Origin: Eledone cirrhosa
Taxonomy: Eukaryota
Direction of reading: 5' to 3'
Length of the DNA: 64,000 bases
Assembly (NCBI GenBank): GCA_964016885.1
Contig: OZ024765.1
Coordinates: forward strand, 20,336,001 to 20,400,000
This document shows positions 54,383 through 64,000 of this stretch, one piece after another. The stretch's first letter is position 1. Each line of letters opens with the position of its first letter. Under the pieces are notes generated by a model. It made no database searches. It had not been told where the DNA came from and was given only the letters and a program-made list of their open reading frames with translations. The position numbers and the translations under genes are program-made.

Positions 54383-55109
54383 GTAAATATGTGTGTATAC
54401 ATGTATGTGCCCAACTCATATATATATGTATGTGTGTGTGTATGTGCGTGTGTGTGTGTGCATCTATGTATATATGTTTATGAATATATATATATATACA
54501 TATACATGTGTGTGTATCAATGTATGTATGTACCTATATATATATATGTGTGTGTGTGTGTCACTTTAATTCTGTGTGTGTCTATATATATACGTGTGTG
54601 AATATCTGTGTATGTAAATGTGTAAGTGAGTATATGTATGCATGTGTGTGTGTGAGTATGTATGTATGTATATGTATATGTATGTATATGTATATATTTA
54701 TGTGTGTATATGTATATATGTATGCATGTAAGTATGTATGTATATGTATATATTTATGTGTGTAGGTATATATGTATGTATTTATGTGTGTGTAGGTATA
54801 TATATATATATATATATGTATGTATATATGTATGTATGTATGTATTTGTGTGTGTAGGTATATATAAGTATGTATGTATGTATGTATGTACGTATATGTA
54901 TATATTTAAGTATGTATGTATGTATGTATGTATGTATGTGTATGTGTACTTCTATTATTTAGGCTTCATTATTACCATTATTACCATTCTGAGTTTTATT
55001 ATTGCCATTATAATTATAATTATCAATAATATTTGATAATGATATTAAAATAAACGATAATTATATTTTTTCAAAAGCTGATGCAGCAGTAAAAGAAAGT
55101 GGGTGGAAG

Positions 55110-55350
55110 GGGACTGTAAGACGGGTGTTCACTTCAATTATCTTCACCCTCACCAAACTCTTGGCTTTCATTTCCTCTTCCAACATCTTTACTCATGTCT
55201 TTATTGGTCTTCCATTTCCTCTTCTTCCTTCCGCGTTCATTTCCTCTCCCCCAGTCACTCTCACCCTTCAACACGTTACCCAACCATCTCACTCCATTTC
55301 TCTTCACAACATTCATCACTGACTCTATTCTTTCCTCAATACATGACCCA
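55110..55350 (-). mobile_element. Decayed RTE-like LINE C-terminal fragment
   Basis: ESVMNVVKRNGVRWLGNVLK resembles the RLRWxGHV region. Confidence 0.55.
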
Positions 55351-55399
55351 ACCATCTCCAACTGATGCAGCTGGATCTCCAAGTGTTACCAGCCAAGTT

Positions 55400-56865
55400 C
55401 ATGGATGTTATCCAACTTTCTTGCTCTGGGTCTCCTGCCGTTTGGTTTTTGCCTGTAATATCTGTCCAACAATTCTTTCCTGAGACATTCTAACCACATG
55501 TCCATAGAATCAGAGCTGTGATCTCTCAATTCAGAGAAGTAGCAGCTCTACCTGGAGTGACTCTCTGATCTCCCAGCTACAAATCTGTCCAGTGATTCTT
55601 TCCTGAGACATTCTAACCACATGTCCATAGTATCAGAGCTGTGATCTCTCAATTCAGAGAAGTAGCAGCTCTACCTGGAGTGACTCTCTGATCTCCCAGC
55701 TACAAATCTGTCCAGTGATTCTTTCCTGAGACATTCTAACCACATGTCCATAGTATCAGAGCTGTAATCTCTCAATTTGGAGAAGTAGCAGCTCTACCTG
55801 GAGTGACTCTCTGATCTCTGAGCTACAAATCTGTCCAGTGATTCTTTCCTGAGACATTCTAACCACATGTCCATAGAATCAGAGCTGTGATCTCTCAATT
55901 CAGAGAAGTAGCAGCTCTACCTGGAGTGACTCTCTGATCTCCCAGCTACAAATCTGTCCAGTGATTCTTTCCTGATACATTCTAACCACATGTCCATAGT
56001 ATCAGAGCTGTGATCTCTCAATTCAGAGAAGTAGCAGCTCTACCTGGAGTGACTCTCTGATCTCTGAGCTACAAATCTATCCAGAGATTCTTTCCTGATA
56101 CATTCTAACCACATGTCCATAGAATCAGAGCTGTGATCTCTCAATTCAGAGAAGTAGCAGCTCTACCTGGAGTGACTCTCTGATCTCTGAGCTACAAATC
56201 TGTCCAGTGATTCTTTCCTGAGACATTCTAACCACATGTCCATAGTATCAGAGCTGTGATCTCTCAATTCAGAGAAGTAGCAGCTCTACCTGGAGTGACT
56301 CTCTGATCTCCCAGCTACAAATCTGTCCAGGAATTCTTTCCTGAGACATTCTAACCACATGTCCATAGAATCAGAGCTGTGATCTCTCAATTCAGAGAAG
56401 TAGCAGCTCTACCTGGAGTAACTCTCTGATCTCAGAGCTACAAATCTGTCCAGTGATTCTTTCCTGAGACATTCTAACCACATGTCCATAGTATCACAGC
56501 TGTGATATCTCAATTCAGACAAGTAGCAGCTCTACCTGGAGTAACTCTCTGATCTCAGAGCTACAAATCTGTCCAGTGATTCTTTCCTGAGACATTCTAA
56601 CCACATGTCCATAGTATCAGAGCTGTGATCTCTCAATTCAGAGAAGTAGCAGCTCTACCTGGAGTGACTCTCTGATCTCCCAGCTACAAATCTATCCAGA
56701 GATTCTTTCCTGAGACATTCTAACCACATGTCCATAGTATCACAGCTGTGATCTCTCAATTCAGAGAAGTAGCAGCTCTACCTGGAGTGACTCTCTGATC
56801 TCCCAGCTACAAATCTATCCAGTGATTCTTTCCTGAGACATTCTAACCACATGTCCATAGTATCA
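55400..56865 (-). repeat. 123-bp tandem repeat (~11 copies) derived from LINE ORF2 C-terminal coding sequence
   Basis: Period 123. The minus strand reads IERSQL*FYGHVVRMSQERI. Confidence 0.85.
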
Positions 56866-56880
56866 TAGTCCATTAAATAT

Positions 56881-57087
56881 ACGCGCTTTTCTCCACTGAT
56901 CAGCTCAAGGTTTGATCTGTATCGATCTTACCCGACTCTACTAGCATTTTATGGGGTCCGTCGAGTTGCGGATTATAGAGTCGGGTAAGATCAATACAGA
57001 TCGAACCTTGAGCTGATCAGTGGCGAAACGCGCGTCCCCTACCAATAAATGTAATGAAGGAGTAACCAATCGTCCTTGTTATTTTTT

Positions 57088-57090
<3 letters not shown>
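56881..57090 (+). mobile_element. Fold-back Penelope-type terminus with a variant hammerhead-like fold
   Basis: Inverted arms at 56881-56940 and 56976-57034. GAAA-CGCGCG-TC-CCCT with a degenerate CCGTCGA core at 56958-56964. Confidence 0.55.
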
Positions 57091-57137
<47 letters not shown>

Positions 57138-57333
57138 CGTTTCTGAATTTGTTTAGCAAGATTCTTTATCTGAAAACGTGTGTTGAAACCGATATTGTTA
57201 TACTTTGGGAGGGTCATGTTGCCAATAAGAAACACACACACCAGTTGCTTTCACTTCAATTTATTATATATTTATAAATTTACAAATTTATAAATTTCTG
57301 GTTGGTTCCACAACCAGATAGTTGTTTATATAT

Positions 57334-57378
57334 AGTCATAGTTCTTTCGTCACACACCCTGTGACTTCTTCAGTGACT
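57334..57378 (-). ncRNA. Type I hammerhead ribozyme in the Penelope 3' region (CUGAAGA core)
   Basis: AGTCA-CTGAAGA-A-GTCACA gggtg TGTGAC-GAAA-GAAC-TA-TGACT, ~200 nt after the ORF stop. Confidence 0.82.
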
Positions 57379-57578
57379 GGGGATTCCTTTCTTTGTTTCT
57401 GTGCCTCTCCTTTGTTCTGTCCTACGCCATTTTGTTTCTGTGTGTGTGTTGTTTGCTCAGTTTGCGCATGCGCCACATCCGGGTGTCTGTGTGTGTTTAT
57501 GTTCATTTATCTATTTGTTTATTTACATGTTACTGGTTGTTTGTTTGTTCTATGTGTGTGTGTGTTTTCAATTTGTCC

Positions 57579-58204
57579 TTAATTGTAAGTTGTGATGTTG
57601 CTGTTCCACTCATATTTTCTATTTAATTTTGGTTGTAATTCTTTTATGTTTATTGCCTCTGTAATTTGTCTAAACATTGCGTCTTTTCTGTGTGTAGATT
57701 CTATTTTTATTTCTATGTTCTCTAATTTACCCTTGTGTTCTATCTTAGCATGTTGGTAGAGTACAGATGATTCTTTATTATCTTGAAGGTCTCGCCAGTG
57801 TTCATTTATCCGTTCCCCTACACTACGAGCTGTCTCACCTATGTACACTATATTTTTGTCTCTACATTGTCCTTCATTACATCTTATGCTATACACTACA
57901 TTTCTAGTTTTACAGTTAATATGGGGGCTTATTTTACAGGTTATACATTTCTTATCTATACATGAGGGTCTTTGAAAAGGGTATGTCTTTCTAATAAGTG
58001 TTTTTATGGAGGTACCTGGTCTTTCTACTATCTTAATATTGAGTTTATGTTTATTTAGGGCCCTTCTAAATTTGTAAGCTAGTTCACCTCTAGGGGTTGT
58101 ATCAATGAACATTACACTCTGGTATTTATTGCTATCATACCATGAGTTTATTCTATTAGCCTTGTTCCTAGTTCTTTCTATTCTATTCCAAAATTTGCTC
58201 CTAT
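57579..58204 (-). CDS. Penelope-like RT thumb/linker plus GIY-YIG endonuclease (truncated)
   Basis: Cys linker C..KKCITC...NCK, then NVVYSIRC..C....YIGETARSVGERINEH...S.L..H...EA..I....P.LN. Confidence 0.88.
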
Positions 58205-58702
58205 ACAATTATATATATATATAATAAATTGAAGTGAAAGCAACTGGTGCGTGTGTTTCTTATTGGCAACATGACCCTCCCAAAGTATAACCATATATAT
58301 ATACATATATATGAATATATATATATATATATATATATATGAATATATACACATATTGTGTGTGTATAATCAAAATGACTGAATACATTTAACATAGTTT
58401 GTGAGTTCTCATCTAAGGGTGTGACTTGCTTTGTTTTATTGTAGGGCAAGCCCCTAGCCTACCACCACCACCACCACCACCACACAATAGGAGATCTAGG
58501 ACGAACCCCTAGCCTAACACTGCCAAACAACAACACTACAATATATGCCAACATTATCTCAGGTCAGAGATGTGTCTGGTTAAAGGGTCAAAGTTCAAAC
58601 TAAACTGATTTTCTATTGATACGTTTCCTATTGATATGTGAGGCTTTGATCATGAAATGTCAGCCATGTTGATTCTGTCACACCACACACATCAACAGCT
58701 GG

Positions 58703-60565
58703 TTACACACACACACTGACATACATACACACTGACAGACATACACACTGACAGACATACACACTGACATACACACACACTGGCATACATACACACTGAC
58801 ATACACACACACTGACATACATACACACTGACATACATACACACTGACATACATACACACTGACATACACACACACTGACATACATACACACTGACATAC
58901 ACACACACTGACATACATACACACTGACATACATACACACTGACATACACACACACTGACATACACACACACTGACATACATACACACTGACATACACAC
59001 ACACTGACATACACACTGACATACACACACACTGACATACACACTGACATACATACACACTGACATACACACTGACATACACACTGACACATAACACACA
59101 CACACACACATATACATATATACAAACAGACACACACACACACTGACATACATACACACTGACATACACACACACTGACATACATACACACTGACATACA
59201 CACACACTGACATACACACACACTGACATACACACACACTGACATACATACACACTGACATACACACACACTGGCATACATACACACTGACATACATACA
59301 CACTGACATACATACACACTGACATACACACACACTGACATACACACACACTGACATACATACACACTGACATACATACACACTGACATACATACACACT
59401 GACATACACACACACTGACATACACACACACTGACATACACACACACTGACATACACACACACTGACATACACACACACTGACATACACACACACTGACA
59501 TACATACACACTGACAGACACACACACTGACATACACACACACTGACATACACACACACTGACATACACACACACTGACATACACACACACTGACATACA
59601 CACACACTGACATACACACACACTGACATACATACACACTGACATACACACACACTGACATACACACACACTGACATACACACACACTGACATACATACA
59701 CACTGACATACATACACACTGACATACATACACACTGACATACACACTGACATACACACACACTGACATACACACACACTGACATACACACACACTGACA
59801 TACATACACACTGACATACACACACACTGACATACACACACACTGACATACACACACACTGACATACACACACACTGACATACATACACACTGACATACA
59901 CACACACTGACATACACACACACTGACATACACACACACTGACATACACACACACTGACATACACACACACTGACATACACACACACTGACATACACACA
60001 CACTGACATACACACACACTGACATACACACACACTGACATACACACACACTGACATACATACACACTGACAGACACACACACTGACATACACACACACT
60101 GACATACACACACACTGACATACACACACACTGACATACACACACACTGACATACACACACACTGACATACACACACACTGACATACACACACACTGACA
60201 TACACACACACTGACATACATACACACTGACATACATACACACTGACATACATACACACTGACATACACACTGACATACACACACACTGACATACACACA
60301 CACTGACATACACACACACTGACATACATACACACTGACATACATACACACTGACATACATACACACTGACATACACACTGACATACACACACACTGACA
60401 TACACACACACTGACATACACACACACTGACATACACACACACTGACATACACACACACTGACATACATACACACTGACATACACACTCACACATACCGA
60501 CACATAACACACACACACACATATACATATATACAAACAGACACACATACACACACATACACATA
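58703..60565. repeat. 14-bp minisatellite (cactgacatacaca)
   Basis: ~1.85 kb. Confidence 0.95.
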
Positions 60566-60596
60566 GATACATTACAAATATTTCAACAGGGTTAAC

Positions 60597-60652
<56 letters not shown>

Positions 60653-60756
60653 CTTGCGTATATGTATGTATGTATATATATATATATAACTTACGCACAC
60701 ATTTTCACCATACACACGCATTTGTACATACATACATATGTACATTTGTGAGTGTA

Positions 60757-61755
60757 TCATCATCATCATCATCATCATCGTTTAACGTCCGTGTTCCACG
60801 CTTGCATGGGTTTGGACGGGGGTAGTCCCACTTGAGGCAAGAGTGGTTGTCTTGCTCGCATAGGACTGTCTGGCGGGTTTTCTACGGCTGGATGCCCTTC
60901 CTAACACCAACCACATTTACAGTATGGACTGGGAGGTTTTACCGTGTTACCTACACGGCCACATTATAGCGTGGACTGTCTGGCGAGTTTTCTACAGCTG
61001 GATGCCCTTCCTAACACCAACCACATTTACAGTGTGGGGCTGGGTGGTTTTTACCGTGTTGCCTACACGGTCACATTACAGCGTGGACTGTGTGTTTTTT
61101 TGTCGTGACACCTACACGACCTCATTTGTTTCAGACTGGATGTTGTGGCACCAACATAACTTTACATTGAAAGGGGTGGTGTGGATGGGGTGGGGGTGGT
61201 GGAACGGGGGTGTATTTTGTTAGAGATGCCTACTGACTGTAGTAGGTTTTACTTTGTATTTAGGTAAGGCGAGTCTTCTTTATTACTGAGTACCGCCAAA
61301 GATCTCGGTCCAGTGACATTGTCTTGGAGAGGTGTAAGTGTGTGAGGTCGGAATTTATCAGGTCGTCCCAGGTTTTTCTGGGTCTGCCTACTCCGTGGCT
61401 ACCGTCTATCTTTATTGCCCTGCACTTTTTTATACAGCTGTCGTCTTTCATGCGCATCACGTGACCATACCACATAGCCTTCTCTCGAGTAAACAACATC
61501 TGATCCCTCTTATTTCTAATTTTTCCCTTTGTTCGTTTATGCTTTGCCGTTCACGTATATTACTATTACACATCCAGCGGAGCATGCAAGCTTCGTTCCT
61601 CTAGTCTGCGTATATCCTCTGCACACAATGCCCAGGTCTCACTGCCATGCAACATTGCTGTTCGTATGCAGGCATCATACAGCCTGCCTTTCATTTTTAG
61701 GGAGAACCCTTTAGCGGCTAATAGTGGTATAAGCTCTCTAAATTTTTCCATCCAG
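60757..61755 (-). mobile_element. RTE family B 3' fragment
   Basis: WMEKFRELIPLLAAKGFSLKMKGRLYDAC..., frameshifted, with a (GAT)n tail. Confidence 0.9.
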
Positions 61756-61896
61756 TTATACATATACACACACCTAACTATATTTCCTTATATTTTTTTA
61801 TATATTTTATATATCTATTGCATTACTTTTATTTATATATATATATTTTTTTTGCATTTCTTGAGGAGGCTTTCCAAATATTTCACTATGTTTTAT

Positions 61897-61974
61897 ATTG
61901 CCTAGTCCGACGAACGAATGAGGACGTTTCTTTCGTATTCGTCTTATTCGGGAAACCTCTGGTAATGAGGTAAT
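61897..61974 (+). ncRNA. Type I hammerhead-like motif with CCGACGA core
   Basis: ATTGCCTAGT-CCGACGA-A-CGAATGAG..CTTATTCG-G-GAAA-CC tct GG-TA-ATGAGGTAAT. Confidence 0.65.
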
Positions 61975-61989
61975 TATATTGTATTGTTT

Positions 61990-62030
<41 letters not shown>

Positions 62031-62041
62031 ATATATATATG

Positions 62042-62262
62042 CACAGGCATTGCTTTATATCTGGAGATCTCTCTGCACTTGTCGTCACATGGTACCATGA
62101 GCCCAGCACTATGTGTCAATAATTGTCACAAGTGTAGTGTTTGTACCAGAGTTTTCAAGTCGCTGGCTGGACTAAAAAGTCACACTCATTCAGCGCATCA
62201 GTAGGGGTTCTCCTACATGGATATAAAGTAGTGGCCGTACTCGAAAACGAGTTGGCAGCCAC
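62042..62262 (+). mobile_element. RTE/BovB-type 3' end with a C2H2 zinc finger
   Basis: [25 protein letters not shown] followed by the tail gtggccgtactcgaaaacgagttggcagccacc. Confidence 0.65.
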
Positions 62263-62402
62263 CATATATGTGTGTATATGTATGTATATATATATGTATG
62301 TATATATATATATATGTATGTATGTATATATGTATATATATATATATATATGTATATGTATGTATATATATATATGTATATGTATATATATTTATATGTA
62401 TG

Positions 62403-62437
<35 letters not shown>

Positions 62438-62466
62438 GTATGTATATATAAATATATATGTATGTG

Positions 62467-62497
<31 letters not shown>

Positions 62498-62516
62498 ATA
62501 TATATATATATATATG

Positions 62517-62589
<73 letters not shown>

Positions 62590-62680
62590 ATATATATATA
62601 TGTGTGTATATATATATATATATGTGTGTGTATATATATATATATATATGTATGTATATATATATATGTATGTATATATG

Positions 62681-62727
<47 letters not shown>

Positions 62728-62731
62728 GTAT

Positions 62732-62771
<40 letters not shown>

Positions 62772-62802
62772 GTATGTATATATATATATTTATATATATA
62801 TG

Positions 62803-62833
<31 letters not shown>

Positions 62834-62976
62834 GTATATATATATATGTATATATATATATGTATATATATATATGTATATATATATATGTATATATATA
62901 TATGTATATATATATATGTATATATATATATGTATATATATATATGTATATATATATATATGTATATATATATATG

Positions 62977-63010
<34 letters not shown>

Positions 63011-63206
63011 TTTGTATATATATATATGTGTATATATATATATGTATATATTTGTATATATATATGTATATATATATATATATTTGTATATATATATGTA
63101 TATATATATATATATATATTTGTATATATATATGTATATATATATATATATATATTTGTATATATATATGTATATATATATATATATATTTGTATATATA
63201 TATGTG

Positions 63207-63241
<35 letters not shown>

Positions 63242-63302
63242 GTATGTATGTATATATATATGTATATATATATATATATATATATTTGTATATATATATG
63301 TG

Positions 63303-63337
<35 letters not shown>

Positions 63338-63526
63338 GTATGTATGTATATATATATGTATATATATATGTATGTGTGTATATATATGTATGTGTGTATA
63401 TATATATGTATGTGTGTATATATATATATATATATGTATGTATATATATATATATGTATGTATATATATATGTATGTATGTATATATATATGTATGTACA
63501 TGTATATATGTATATATATATATATG

Positions 63527-63557
<31 letters not shown>

Positions 63558-63710
63558 GTATGTATATATATATATGTATGTATATATATATATGTATATA
63601 TATATATGTATGTATATATATATATGTATGTATATATATATATGTATATATATATATGTATGTATATATATATATGTATGTATATATATATATGTATATA
63701 TATATATATG

Positions 63711-63759
<49 letters not shown>

Positions 63760-63820
63760 GTATGTATATATATATATGTATGTATATATATATATGTATG
63801 TATATATATGTGTGTATATA

Positions 63821-63867
<47 letters not shown>

Positions 63868-63910
63868 ATATATATGTATGTATATATATATGTATGTATA
63901 TATATAGATG

Positions 63911-63955
<45 letters not shown>

Positions 63956-63956
63956 G

Positions 63957-63987
<31 letters not shown>

Positions 63988-64000
63988 GTATATATATATA
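62263..64000. repeat. (TA)n/(TATG)n microsatellite
   Basis: Simple repeat. Confidence 0.95.

Larger units (their letters stand above)
57137..58291 (-). mobile_element. Penelope-like retroelement, 5'-truncated, with inverted pLTR segment at the 5' end
   Basis: GIY-YIG ORF and 3' hammerhead. 58215-58291 is an inverted copy of 57196-57272. TA-flanked. Confidence 0.9.

Noticed and set aside
54950-55036. Hydrophobic stretch as the missing integrin TM exon
   Set aside because: ATT-rich low complexity. It has no CP/WK/DRRE motifs and no donor.
62120-62203. Host C2H2 zinc-finger gene exon
   Set aside because: A single finger followed by a stop and an RTE-type tail, TA-flanked; better explained as a LINE C-terminus

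Overview
Eukaryotic, very repeat-rich window. The (TA)n/(TATG)n/(CAC)n expanses, RTE LINEs and tRNA-SINEs suggest a cephalopod such as Octopus (inference). The + strand carries eight phase-consistent GT-AG exons (1530-16570) of an integrin beta subunit, covering the end of the hybrid domain, I-EGF1-4 and the beta-tail. I found no transmembrane or cytoplasmic exon in the remaining ~47 kb. The rest is microsatellite, TE-derived minisatellite, RTE LINEs (one near full length, 30170-33706), two SINE families, a DD37D Tc1/mariner remnant, MITEs and a 5'-truncated Penelope-like element (GIY-YIG). The most striking hidden layer is about 17 complete minimal type I hammerhead ribozyme motifs, plus several half-sites. 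They come from at least 7 sequence families, sit in short (TA)n-flanked tandem or fold-back Penelope-type termini, and several of these families share a 3' (T/C)TGAGT(G/A)C(T/C) motif. Most listed ORFs are translations of simple repeats and are not genes.
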